Assembly: GCA_016186245.1 (NCBI GenBank)
Contig: JACPLZ010000031.1
Coordinates: 1 to 37,403, forward strand
Reading direction: 5' to 3'
DNA: 37,403 bases
DNA from: Candidatus Peregrinibacteria bacterium
GTDB lineage: Bacteria > Patescibacteriota > Gracilibacteria > UBA1369 > LOWO2-01-FULL-3
Shown: piece by piece, positions 9,019 through 20,601 of the stretch
How positions within the stretch are numbered: the stretch's first letter is position 1
How the letters are laid out: every line of letters starts with the position of its first letter
Position numbers and translations under genes: made by a program
Notes under the pieces: generated by a model
What the model was told of the DNA's origin: nothing
The model's input: only the letters and a program-made list of their open reading frames with translations
The model's database searches: none

Positions 9019-9019
9019 A

Positions 9020-9502
9020 TCAGGCATTCAGTTCATCCTCCGCATATACATTCACATATTCGGACTTGTCGTAACCGTGGATTTCCCCTCCTTTAAAAAA
9101 TCTCTTAACTTCGGCCGCGGCATTGGCAACACTATCCGAAGCATGGATTACATTGCAGCTCACACTCATCGAAAAATCACCGCGGATTGAGCCGGCCTCG
9201 GCCTCACGACCCTTTGTAATACCGGTAATTTTTCTCACGGTATTAACCACATCCAGTCCCTCCCAGCACATCGCAATCACCGGAGTGCTCTGCATAAATT
9301 TCGCCAACCCGGGAAAAAACGGCTTATCGGCAAGATGGGCATAATGTTCGCGCAAAACCGCCTCATCCAGCGCCATCATTTTCACGCCGACAAGCTTCAG
9401 CCCCTTCTGCTCAAAACGTGAAGTAATCGCTCCAAACAATCCGCGCTGTATGGCATCCGGCTTTACAAGGACAAGAGTTTGTTCCAGCACACCTTTTGGC
9501 AT
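9020..9502 (-). CDS. ndk: nucleoside diphosphate kinase
   Basis: TLVLVKPDA, HYAHL..KPFF, GSIRGDF, NVIHASDS; start moved to ATG 9502. Confidence 0.96.
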   Translation of the reverse strand: MPKGVLEQTLVLVKPDAIQRGLFGAITSRFEQKGLKLVGVKMMALDEAVLREHYAHLADKPFFPGLAKFMQSTPVIAMCWEGLDVVNTVRKITGITKGREAEAGSIRGDFSMSVSCNVIHASDSVANAAAEVKRFFKGGEIHGYDKSEYVNVYAEDELNA

Positions 9503-9575
9503 ATCGATTCTGGTTAAAAAGCGCCGGCATTGTAACGCGTACATTTTAAATTTGCAATCACGGGCAATGTAACAC

Positions 9576-9643
9576 AAGGAAGCAAGCCATTTTCGACTGA
9601 GCCGTACTTACTGGTACGGCGAATAGAAAATGGCGCAGCTGAC
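9576..9643. repeat. palindromic repeat, copy 2 (core only)
   Basis: AAGGAAGCAAGCCATTTTCGACTGAGCCGTACTTACTGGTACGGCGAATAGAAAATGGCGCAGCTGAC, one difference from the copy 3 core. Confidence 0.85.
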
Positions 9644-9653
9644 ACGGTAACAT

Positions 9654-9777
9654 CTGAAATTTTAAAAATTGATGCAATGCAAGGAAGCAAGCCATTTTCG
9701 ACTGAGCCGTACTTACCGGTACGGCGAATAGAAAATGGCGCAGCTGACGAAGCAGTGCACAATTTTTAAAATTTCAG
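9654..9777. repeat. ~124-bp palindromic repeat, copy 3
   Basis: Perfect 18-bp outer arms CTGAAATTTTAAAAATTG / CAATTTTTAAAATTTCAG; same core. Confidence 0.88.
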
Positions 9778-11028
9778 CAACTTCTCAAATCGCTCTTTCT
9801 CGCCATACGGCCCAATAACAGCCAATTTCATTCCCTCCTCTTTGAAAATATCTTTTGCCACCCTCGCAACATCCGCAACCGCCACCGCGTCAATTTTTTT
9901 GGTAATTTCCGCAGGATCCACCGCCCCGCCCCTTAACAATTCATATTTCGCCAACAAATGGGCAAATTCCTCCGAATCCTCCAGATTCAAAATCATTTTT
10001 CCTTTCAAATATGATTTTGCTTTCTTCAGTTCCGCCTCCGGCACATCTTCATCTCTCACTTTCCTGTATTCCTCAATAATACCGGTAATTGCCTGATCTA
10101 TGCGCTTTAAATCCACCCCTGCGTTTGTGACCAGCAGGCCGCTATCCGCATAACTGTCAACCGATGTATGAATATAATATGCCAATCCATGCGCCTCTCT
10201 CACACCCAAAAACATTCTGCTGCTCATATTTCCTCCTAAAATCACCGATAACAATTTCAAAGCCCAGTAATCCGGATGACTTTCCTTATAAGCCGGAAAT
10301 CCCAATGCCACATGCGCCTGTTCCGTCTTTTTTTCCTTCAAAGAAAGCCTGCCGCCATCAATTTTTTTCAACCCGTCAAAATTATAGGCTTTTTCCCCTT
10401 CCAGCCGGTCAAAACATCCACCGATCATTTCCACCACATTTCCATGATCAACATTTCCAGCAACGGCAATCACAAGATTATCTGGCGTATACAATTTTCC
10501 ATTATACTTTTTAAAATCCTCATGCATTACGGTATTTATCAGCTCTTTTGTGCCTATTTGATCCCACCCGAGCGGCTGATTTCCAAAAACAAGCTCCTCA
10601 AAATTCCAGCCGATCTGATACATTGGCGTATCCTGATACATATTAAATTCTTCCAAAATTACCCCGCGTTCCTTCTCAATTTCCACCTGCGGGAATTTTG
10701 CATTAAGAAGCATGTCCGACAGCACATCGCAGGCCACTTTAAAATTTTCCCCCGCAACCTTCACATAGTAACCGGCATATTCCTTTCCGGTAAAAGCATT
10801 AAATTCCCCGCCAACGGAATCAATCGCCTCCGAAACTTCTTTGGTGTTTTTATACTTGTTTCCACCCTTAAAAAACATATGCTCAAGGAAATGGGAAATA
10901 CCCCTGATTTCCTGAGTCTCATATCTGCTGCCGGCCCCTACAAGAATAAGCACAGTCACGGCCTGTGTGCCGGAAAGCTTTTCCGTCACCACTCTTATGC
11001 CATTTTCCAGAGTTGTTTTTCTAAACAT
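9766..11028 (-). CDS. M16 (pitrilysin/insulinase-family) zinc peptidase
   Basis: GISHFLEHMFFKG (HxxEH), NAFT, ER.VILEE, GG.MSSR.F..VRE..GLAY. Confidence 0.95.
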   Translation of the reverse strand: MFRKTTLENGIRVVTEKLSGTQAVTVLILVGAGSRYETQEIRGISHFLEHMFFKGGNKYKNTKEVSEAIDSVGGEFNAFTGKEYAGYYVKVAGENFKVACDVLSDMLLNAKFPQVEIEKERGVILEEFNMYQDTPMYQIGWNFEELVFGNQPLGWDQIGTKELINTVMHEDFKKYNGKLYTPDNLVIAVAGNVDHGNVVEMIGGCFDRLEGEKAYNFDGLKKIDGGRLSLKEKKTEQAHVALGFPAYKESHPDYWALKLLSVILGGNMSSRMFLGVREAHGLAYYIHTSVDSYADSGLLVTNAGVDLKRIDQAITGIIEEYRKVRDEDVPEAELKKAKSYLKGKMILNLEDSEEFAHLLAKYELLRGGAVDPAEITKKIDAVAVADVARVAKDIFKEEGMKLAVIGPYGEKERFEKLLKF

Positions 11029-11053
11029 AACGATAGAAAGCTTACCCCAAAAA

Positions 11054-11062
11054 TGTTATAAT
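11054..11062 (+). promoter_or_regulatory. extended -10 promoter element
   Basis: TGTTATAAT 17 nt upstream of ATG 11080. Confidence 0.45.
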
Positions 11063-11079
11063 ACAATGATAAATTAAAA

Positions 11080-11718
11080 ATGAATTACCGACATCACATC
11101 ATCCGGAATTTCCCTCCAAATTATCCATTGTGGAAAAAAATTCTTGCCAATATGATATTTTTTTTCGCGGGGACAATAATCCATCATCGTAAAAATCTGC
11201 TGACAAAAAAAGACCTCCGCCGGGCGCTGGAAAAATTAAAGAAAGGCGACATCGTGCTTACGGGAAATCTCCGCCGCGCCAGCCATTTCATAATCCGTGG
11301 ACCGGTTACCCACAGCATGATTTATATCGGACATAGAACTTTTATCCATTCGATCGCCGATGGCGTGGAAGAAGTTTCCCTTCACGGCATCTTTACGGAA
11401 TATGACACAATGATTATTCTCCGCCCGAAAACCTGCAGCAGAAAAAAAACTGAAAAAGCTGTTTCTGAAGCCAAAAATTTACTTGGGAAACCTTATGATT
11501 TTGAATTCACATCCGGCAATGAGAAATTTTACTGCTGCGAACTTGTTGATTATTGCCTGAAAAAATCCGGCATCTGCGATGGCATTTGTAAAAAAGCCGG
11601 GCCGATTCGCCCGCAGGAATTTATCTCTGAAGTTTTTAACATAATTTTTCTCTCGCATAATCTGGAGATCAAAAATCACAGGCCATTTTTAATACTCCCC
11701 ATTCAAAAAATTTTGTAG
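11080..11718 (+). CDS. permuted papain-like amidase (YiiX/YebB, NlpC/P60 superfamily)
   Basis: GDIVL, THSMIYIG, GKPYDF, FYCCELV (His precedes Cys). Confidence 0.85.
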   Translation: MNYRHHIIRNFPPNYPLWKKILANMIFFFAGTIIHHRKNLLTKKDLRRALEKLKKGDIVLTGNLRRASHFIIRGPVTHSMIYIGHRTFIHSIADGVEEVSLHGIFTEYDTMIILRPKTCSRKKTEKAVSEAKNLLGKPYDFEFTSGNEKFYCCELVDYCLKKSGICDGICKKAGPIRPQEFISEVFNIIFLSHNLEIKNHRPFLILPIQKIL

Positions 11719-11730
11719 TATTCTTCGGCC

Positions 11731-13989
11731 ATGCGCCAGGCCAAAGACATTTTCAATAAAATAAATATTTTTCTCGTCGGCAGTACTCTGATCACTTTGA
11801 TAATCATCGGACGTCTGTTTCATCTTCAGATTATTTCTCACGCCCGTTATCAGCAGATAGCCACGTCTTCCCAATATGGATTTATCGAACTGCCGGCCCA
11901 GCGCGGCGATATAATTATTCGCGACCAGCATTCTCGGGAAGAATTTCCGCTGGCCACAAACACCACTCTTAACCTCCTTTTTGCCGATCCCACCATCGTA
12001 AAAGACCCTCTTGCAATTGCGGATAAACTTACTCCTCTGATTTTTTCCATTGAGGAAGAACGGGCATCCGACAATGAAAGAATCGAAAAAACGAGCAGAA
12101 AACTTGCTCCCGATCTCACGGAAGAGGAAAAAAATGCCATTCTAAAACCGCTTACCGATGATGAATTAAAAGAAAAATTCCGCCAGGATTTTATAACCAA
12201 AATCAGTCAAAAACAGCGTCCGGAAGTAATCCTGGCAATTGATTTCACATCGGAAAAAATTGAGCAAGTCAAAAATGCCGGCGTACCAGGAGTTGAGGTC
12301 AAAGACAATGATATTTACGCGTATCCTTCACGAATTTCAGGCATCGGCAACGCCGCTCAAATACTCGCGCCAATCATAGAAATCCCAGTGAAAAAACTGG
12401 AGAAAATTCTCAAAGGAGAAAACCGCTATGTCATCCTCAAAAGAAAATTGGAGCCATCTCTTTCAAAAAAAGTTGAAAAAATATTCAGCGAAAATAAAAA
12501 AATGTTTGAAGGGATAGGCATGAAGGAAGAATATTTCCGGTTTTATCCCGAGAGCACATTGGCGGCAAATATAATCGGATATGTAAACCACGAAAACATC
12601 GGACAATACGGCATCGAAAGCAGTTTTAACACCCGGCTCCAGGGCATCACCGGAAAATTACAGACAAAAAAAGATTCCGTGGGACGACAGATCACAGTAG
12701 GAGAAAGCCAGCTCCAGGCCGCAGTAGACGGCGATGATATCGTCCTGACAATAGATCGCTCAATTCAATCGCAAATGGATAAAATTCTGGAAGAAGCCGC
12801 CAAGCATTACCAGGCCGACAGCGGACAGGCCATTATCATAAATCCTCAAACGGGAGCCATTCTGGCAATGTCCCATTATCCATCCTTTGACCCCAACAGG
12901 TATGGAGACGTATTTAAAAAAGTGGAAGTAAAACTCACCACGGAGGAAATAAAAAATCTTTATCCGACAAAAGATAATGGAATTTATTATTTCTACACCA
13001 ATGAAGTCACTCTCGATTATTATTTGATTTTTGAACAAAAAGATGAAAACGGAATAATCCGTTATTTTCGTTATGAAAATTTTCGGGGACCGGAGGTCTA
13101 CCACAACAAGATTGTTTCATGGCCATATGAGCCGGGATCAGTCTTTAAACCGGTGGTAATGTCCATGGCCATTGACGATGGAGATGTCACGCCCAACACA
13201 ACTTTTAACGACAGCGGACCGATCGGCGTCGACTGGAATATTTATAAAAAAGTTTTCGACTTTGAAATTAAAAATTCAGAAGGCAGATATTACGGACCAA
13301 ATACAACCATGAAAGACGTTATAGCAAAATCCCTCAACACCGGCATGACTTTTGTTTCAAAAAAAATAGGCCCTTCCCTTTTCTATAATTACCTGAAAAA
13401 ATTCGGATTTCTCGACCGGACAGACATTGAATTTGACAACGAAACCATCGGTAAAATCGAATATTTCGAAGACTGGACGGAATCAGAATTGGCCACGCAC
13501 GCTTTCGGACAGGGACTAACTGTCAGCATGGTCCAGCTTGCCAATGCTTTCAGCACAATCGCCAATGGCGGCCTGTTGATGAAACCGCATATAGTTGAGG
13601 AAATACGCCATGATAATGGGAATATAACCAGGACGGATCCGCAGCAAATACGGCGTGTTTTATCTGAAGACACCGCCGCAAAAATGACCGCAATGCTGAC
13701 TTATTCAAGTGAGAATGGAGTAGCCCAAAGCGCTAAAGTAAAAGGGCATTTTATTGCCGGCAAAACCGGTACGGCGCAGACATACAAAAATGGAAAAGCC
13801 CTGAGCGGGATAGGCACAACCATTGCCAGCTTTGTCGGATACGGCCCAATCAACAACCCGCAATTTGTCGTTGTGATAAAATTTGACCACCCTAAACTAA
13901 GCGAATGGGGCAACACCACTGCCGCACCCACCTTCACCAAAATCGCCGAATTCCTTTTTGATTACTACAATATTCCTCCAGATAAATAG
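11731..13989 (+). CDS. class B penicillin-binding protein (FtsI/PBP2 family)
   Basis: N-terminal TM, RGDI, R.YP, G..GIE, LTID..IQ; SxxK (SVFK), SxN (SLN), KTGT. Confidence 0.93.
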   Translation: MRQAKDIFNKINIFLVGSTLITLIIIGRLFHLQIISHARYQQIATSSQYGFIELPAQRGDIIIRDQHSREEFPLATNTTLNLLFADPTIVKDPLAIADKLTPLIFSIEEERASDNERIEKTSRKLAPDLTEEEKNAILKPLTDDELKEKFRQDFITKISQKQRPEVILAIDFTSEKIEQVKNAGVPGVEVKDNDIYAYPSRISGIGNAAQILAPIIEIPVKKLEKILKGENRYVILKRKLEPSLSKKVEKIFSENKKMFEGIGMKEEYFRFYPESTLAANIIGYVNHENIGQYGIESSFNTRLQGITGKLQTKKDSVGRQITVGESQLQAAVDGDDIVLTIDRSIQSQMDKILEEAAKHYQADSGQAIIINPQTGAILAMSHYPSFDPNRYGDVFKKVEVKLTTEEIKNLYPTKDNGIYYFYTNEVTLDYYLIFEQKDENGIIRYFRYENFRGPEVYHNKIVSWPYEPGSVFKPVVMSMAIDDGDVTPNTTFNDSGPIGVDWNIYKKVFDFEIKNSEGRYYGPNTTMKDVIAKSLNTGMTFVSKKIGPSLFYNYLKKFGFLDRTDIEFDNETIGKIEYFEDWTESELATHAFGQGLTVSMVQLANAFSTIANGGLLMKPHIVEEIRHDNGNITRTDPQQIRRVLSEDTAAKMTAMLTYSSENGVAQSAKVKGHFIAGKTGTAQTYKNGKALSGIGTTIASFVGYGPINNPQFVVVIKFDHPKLSEWGNTTAAPTFTKIAEFLFDYYNIPPDK

Positions 13990-13998
13990 CGTAATACG

Positions 13999-16602
13999 CT
14001 ATATCCCAATATCCCCCCACACAGTGTCCTCAACCCCCTCCAATTCCACAGTATTCAATTCACCCAAATCATCAATATCACTCGCCTTCACCATTCCACG
14101 TGAAACCGTATACAGGAAATCGTCAATTCTCAAAATTCTCATAACATCTCTGCTTCCTCCACCCCAGTAATAACCTGATTTAGCCGCAACTTCCCCTTCA
14201 TCATAGTGCGTAATTTTTCCCCTCAATTCAAAACCATTTTCCAGACTCACGTCATAGACATACGCACCCTGATAAACAAAATCTCCATATGTGCTGGCGG
14301 ACGCATTCGGATCATTTTTCACATCCTCGGGAACTTCCGCAAGACTGACCGGGAAGGCCATCAATCCCCTTTCCTTGTCAAAATAAAGCGCTTTGTGATT
14401 ATGCAAAAGTTCGCTATCTGTACCGCGATCCCCAATAACAACCTTATGTAATTCCACCGGATTCTCCACATCGGTAACATCAAACATAGCCAGCTTCATG
14501 CCCTGATACCACGCAAAATCAATATCGCGCGAACCCGCCTCTTCCTCACTTGGAGCAGCCGCATCCTTTCCAACTCCGATAATATGATCCTTATCAAACG
14601 GATGGAGATAATCGCTATATCCCGGGATTTTCAGCTTGCCAAGAATTCTTGGGTTATTCGGATCAGCAACATCAATCACAAAAAACGGATCCACTTTTTT
14701 GAATGTCACCATGTATGCGCGTTCGCCCATAAATCGTACGGAATAAATTTTTTCCCCGGGCGCAATACCCTCGATTTTTCCGGCAGGCTGAAGTTTCTCG
14801 TCAAGAATATATAAATTGTTATCAGACGTACCGTCCCACAGAGAACCTTTTGTCGTAGCTATGCGGAAATCGCCTTTATATTCATCCATGGAAAACTGAT
14901 TTAGAATAGTTCCCGGCACACTCCCGCTTCCAATATAAACCACCTGCCCTCCGTCACTATCCAATTCAAATTTATGAATTTTTGTCTTTTCACCGGAATC
15001 GATTCTGCCCCACCATGAGGCAAAATCATGCTCTGCGACATAAAGATTTTCGGTCGAAGCATAGACAGTGCCTGTTGAACCAATCACCACTTCTTTATCA
15101 ACTTCCGCATTGGGATCATCAACCGGAATAGCCGCCAGAATCAGATATTGGTTACTCTCAACACCGGGAATAACCTTCACATCCGTGCAGCCATCAACCA
15201 CTGGCTGCACCATATCTTCCCCATAAAGCGGCACCAGCGTCTCAAGCGACGGAACCTTTTCATCCATTATGCTATAAAAATTATCCCGATTATTCATTAC
15301 CACATAGACCACATCGCCAATCTTCCTGGAGGAAGAATAATTCCCTTCAAATGTTACTTTTCGCAGTTCTTTAGCGTTGGCTCCATCGCTTACGTCAAAA
15401 ATATAAACCACGGTGAGAGCGCTGTAGTAGTTTGGGGAGTAATTAGGATAAACGACCCCGTCTCCAACAGAAATACCGTCTCCAACGGAAACAGCGCTTC
15501 CTTCCACAAAAGGCTGGATCGCCCCATAAAAAGTGCCCATGACAACAAGCCTGTCCCCATCCACATACATGTCGGTTGGAGAAAAATTATCCGCGTCTCC
15601 AAAAGTCACTTTATCCATTTCCATCAGTCTGGACGGAGGCAAAGCCTTTACAACTCTGACAGTATTTCCGCTCAAAACATAAATATACGACCCGTCGGTC
15701 TTTACAATATCCGCCTCATCAACTCCCTCAACCTGCACATTGGTAGTGGAGAAATCATCACTTATTGCCAATGGTTCATCGGATTTCATGGCGACGCCGG
15801 CAGTCGGAGCAGAGGTTGGAACAGACGCACCATCGACTCCCGTACTTTCCATCATGACATAATCCATCTCATAATCAGGCTGCGAATTTTCTTTCAAATA
15901 AGCCGTCAAATCAACACACGACTCAAAATTTATCAGCGCCCCATCAGCCTTAGCCGCCCTTTCCCTCCTCTTGATTCCAATATAATTTGTAGATTTCACA
16001 TATTCCGGATTTTCCCTTATCCTCCAAATCATTTCCGCCATTTCTCCGCGGGTAACATCACCGTCAAAAGAAACAATACTTTTTGGAACAGCATTCTCCG
16101 ATTCCAAAGCCACTACAAATTTTTCATACCATTTCTCGCCTTCTTCATCCTGTTTCAAATTCATGCCATTGGCAACAATCTTGCTTGCTTCCGCAAAATT
16201 AATCACCCTCTCCGGCCTGAATTTACCGTCAGGATACCCTTTCACAATACCAAGCTCCGTAGCTGAACACACATATTTAGCATACCAGTCATCCTCAACA
16301 TCCGGATAGCAGTCCTCCCCCTCGATTCCATTTTCAAGCTTGGCCTGTAAAAAAGTGGAAGACTCCATCATTATTTTTAGAAATTCCGCGCGGTTGATGG
16401 AAGTATCGGTCTGGAAAGTTCCATCGGCATATCCCTCAACAATCCCCTCGCCGCGGAGATAATCAACCGCTTCATAATTTTCATGATCGGAATCAATATC
16501 GGAAAAGCTGGAAACCGCCGGAAGCGGAGACAAAGCAGAAGCGGAAGAAGAAAACAAAAAAGAAACAGCAAGCAGAGAAACGGAAATTTTACGGATAGAC
16601 AT
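13999..16602 (-). CDS. secreted protein with SLH repeats and beta-propeller domain
   Basis: Signal peptide, SLH motifs, then STTNVQVEGVDEADIVKTDG, LNQFSMDEY, GEKIYSVRF, VDPFFVID, LKIPGYSDYLHP. Confidence 0.9.
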   Translation of the reverse strand: MSIRKISVSLLAVSFLFSSSASALSPLPAVSSFSDIDSDHENYEAVDYLRGEGIVEGYADGTFQTDTSINRAEFLKIMMESSTFLQAKLENGIEGEDCYPDVEDDWYAKYVCSATELGIVKGYPDGKFRPERVINFAEASKIVANGMNLKQDEEGEKWYEKFVVALESENAVPKSIVSFDGDVTRGEMAEMIWRIRENPEYVKSTNYIGIKRRERAAKADGALINFESCVDLTAYLKENSQPDYEMDYVMMESTGVDGASVPTSAPTAGVAMKSDEPLAISDDFSTTNVQVEGVDEADIVKTDGSYIYVLSGNTVRVVKALPPSRLMEMDKVTFGDADNFSPTDMYVDGDRLVVMGTFYGAIQPFVEGSAVSVGDGISVGDGVVYPNYSPNYYSALTVVYIFDVSDGANAKELRKVTFEGNYSSSRKIGDVVYVVMNNRDNFYSIMDEKVPSLETLVPLYGEDMVQPVVDGCTDVKVIPGVESNQYLILAAIPVDDPNAEVDKEVVIGSTGTVYASTENLYVAEHDFASWWGRIDSGEKTKIHKFELDSDGGQVVYIGSGSVPGTILNQFSMDEYKGDFRIATTKGSLWDGTSDNNLYILDEKLQPAGKIEGIAPGEKIYSVRFMGERAYMVTFKKVDPFFVIDVADPNNPRILGKLKIPGYSDYLHPFDKDHIIGVGKDAAAPSEEEAGSRDIDFAWYQGMKLAMFDVTDVENPVELHKVVIGDRGTDSELLHNHKALYFDKERGLMAFPVSLAEVPEDVKNDPNASASTYGDFVYQGAYVYDVSLENGFELRGKITHYDEGEVAAKSGYYWGGGSRDVMRILRIDDFLYTVSRGMVKASDIDDLGELNTVELEGVEDTVWGDIGI

Positions 16603-16706
16603 ACTAAAAGGTTAATTATAGTTGAACCTAATAATAAAAACGCTTCAGGTCAAGAATTGTTACCTTTTTGACAAACCCATAATTTTAAGTCAAAATAGCC
16701 CCCGCT

Positions 16707-17543
16707 ATGCCACAAATGACAGTAATAAAGCCAAAATCAGCAACAGTAATCAAACGCCATTCCCGCCCAAAAACGGACGCATTTTCAGCAAAAACAACCA
16801 CCCTTGAAATCAAAAATCTCCATGCCTCCGTCAACAACCAACCCATCCTGAAAGGCATCAACTTAACCATAAAATCCGGCGAAATCCACGCCATCATGGG
16901 CCCAAACGGCTCCGGCAAAAGCACCCTCGTCAACGTCCTCATGGGACACCCAAAATATGAAGTAACCAAAGGCACAGTCCTTTTTAACGACACCGACATT
17001 TTAGAATTGGAACCAACCAAACGCGCTCATCTCGGCCTCTTTCTCGGCTTCCAGCAGCCGTTGGAGATACCAGGCGTAAATCTCGGTACATTTCTCAGGC
17101 TGGCAAAAAATTCCAATCTCAAATCCCAAAAACAGCCGGAAATAAGTCCGGCGGATTTTCTAAAAACACTCAAAGAAAATGTCGCTGCACTGAAAATGGA
17201 TGACAAATTCATGCACCGCGCCGTAAACGAAGGCTTTTCCGGCGGCGAAAGAAAACGCACGGAAATAGTACAAATGTCCTTATTGGAACCAAAAATCGCC
17301 CTCCTCGACGAGATCGATTCCGGCCTCGACATCGACGCTCTCAGGATAGTTGCCGAAGGAATAAAAAATTATTTTGAAAAAAACAGCCCGGGCATTCTGC
17401 TTGTCACCCACTATCAAAGAATTTTAAATTACATTGCTCCGGATTTTGTGCATATAATAGCCAACGGACAGATCGTAAAATCCGGAGACAGGAGCCTCGC
17501 CAAAGAACTGGAGAAAAAAGGATACACCAACTTTTTAAAGTAA
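16707..17543 (+). CDS. sufC: Fe-S cluster assembly ATPase SufC
   Basis: GPNGSGKST, VNEGFSGGERKR, LDEIDSGLDIDAL, THYQRIL. Confidence 0.97.
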   Translation: MPQMTVIKPKSATVIKRHSRPKTDAFSAKTTTLEIKNLHASVNNQPILKGINLTIKSGEIHAIMGPNGSGKSTLVNVLMGHPKYEVTKGTVLFNDTDILELEPTKRAHLGLFLGFQQPLEIPGVNLGTFLRLAKNSNLKSQKQPEISPADFLKTLKENVAALKMDDKFMHRAVNEGFSGGERKRTEIVQMSLLEPKIALLDEIDSGLDIDALRIVAEGIKNYFEKNSPGILLVTHYQRILNYIAPDFVHIIANGQIVKSGDRSLAKELEKKGYTNFLK

Positions 17544-17573
17544 ACCAATTTTTAAAAATGACACAACTCACTC

Positions 17574-19311
<1,738 letters not shown>

Positions 19312-19334
<23 letters not shown>

Positions 19335-19893
19335 GGACGCAGAAATGTTTTGGCTGGATTGCAATATCGGTTCCAAAGTTACCATGAAATATCCGGCAAT
19401 TTACCTCATGGGATCCGGTGCGCGCGGCGAAGTTCAATCACTCGCATTCTCAGGCAAAAATCAGCACCAGGATGCCGGCGCAAAAATCATCCATGCCGCT
19501 CCAAACACCAGTTCTAAAATCGTTTCCAAATCAATTTCCAAAGCCTCCGGCCACAGCACTTACCGCGGACTGCTTCAGGTAAATAAAGGCGCGACTAACG
19601 TAAAAAGTCACGTTTCCTGCGATGCTCTGTTGTTGGATGAAAATTCCCGTTCTGATACTTATCCAACAATGAAAATAGAAGAAGATGATGTCTCCATCGC
19701 CCACGAAGCCACTGTCGCAAAAATCGGCGAAGAGCAATTATTTTATTTAAGATCCCGCGGACTTACGGAAGAAGAAGCAGCCAGCATGATCGTCAACGGT
19801 TTTGCCAAACCGATCATCAAACAATTGCCCATGGAATACGCGATAGAACTAAACCGGCTTATCGAGATGGAAATGGAGGGCAGTGTTGGATAA
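19312..19893 (+). CDS. sufB: SufB C-terminal part (shifted frame)
   Basis: KRA...[54 protein letters not shown]. Confidence 0.92.
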
Positions 19894-19904
19894 ATTTGCT
19901 TTCT

Positions 19905-19967
19905 TGTCATCCTGAACTTGTTTCAGGATCTACCTCACATAGATGCCGAAACAAGTTCGGCATGACA
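19905..19967. repeat. inverted REP-like doublet
   Basis: TGTCATCCTGAACTTGTTTCAGGATCT and, inverted, TGTCATGCCGAACTTGTTTCGGCATCT; each unit is a hairpin. Confidence 0.75.
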
Positions 19968-19989
19968 CAAATAACACCATGCTAAATAT

Positions 19990-20601
19990 ATGAATTCACA
20001 AACCACTCTCACATATAGCCTCACCACCTCCACCATCAACATCCCCGCTGATACAAATTTAACATACGTTGCATTCTTAAAAAAAGGCTGGCGGGAGACC
20101 CAAAAACTGCAATTCAATTTCACCGGTGAAAATTCCACCCTGAATTTTATCGCGCTGATTCTCGGTCTCGGCGAAGAAACTTTCCCCTTTGAAACAATTT
20201 CCAATCACGAAATTCCGCATACCAACGCCTATTATAACATCCGCGGAGTTATGTTCGACAAATCGCAGGTTTATTATCGCGGCAGCCTCAACATAAAAAA
20301 ATCAGCGCAGCTTACCGACTGCTACCTCGCCCATCACACCCTCATGCTTTCCAAAAATGCCAAAACCCACACCATCCCTTCGCTGGAAATAGAAGCCGAT
20401 GACGTCAAAGCCGGTCATGCCGCCACCATTGGAAAAGTCGATGAAGACATTCTTTTTTATCTCGCTTCCCGCGGCATCAACAAAAAACAGGGACAAAGCA
20501 TGCTCATCAAAGGCTTTTTGGAAACCGATTTGAAGAAAATTTCCGACCCAAATATTCAGCTGATATTAGCCAAAAACATAGAAGAAGCCCTCCAATGCTA
20601 A
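19990..20601 (+). CDS. sufD: SufD-family Fe-S assembly protein (short form)
   Basis: PSLEIEADDVKAGHAATIG, FYLASRGI; position in the suf operon. Confidence 0.9.
   Translation: MNSQTTLTYSLTTSTINIPADTNLTYVAFLKKGWRETQKLQFNFTGENSTLNFIALILGLGEETFPFETISNHEIPHTNAYYNIRGVMFDKSQVYYRGSLNIKKSAQLTDCYLAHHTLMLSKNAKTHTIPSLEIEADDVKAGHAATIGKVDEDILFYLASRGINKKQGQSMLIKGFLETDLKKISDPNIQLILAKNIEEALQC

Noticed and set aside
9503-9577. N-terminal extension of Ndk in the ORF track (similar extensions at 27348, 32495 and 32681)
   Set aside because: Homology or signal peptides begin at downstream ATGs; the extensions run into repeats, promoters or neighbouring genes.
9576-9777. Adjacent repeats as a CRISPR array
   Set aside because: Only two ~68-bp units, dispersed copies elsewhere, no cas genes; better explained as palindromic elements.
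3747-16266. Long plus-strand ORFs 3747-4802, 6692-7549, 10276-11061 and 15148-16266
   Set aside because: Antisense shadows of well-supported minus-strand genes, with no motifs.
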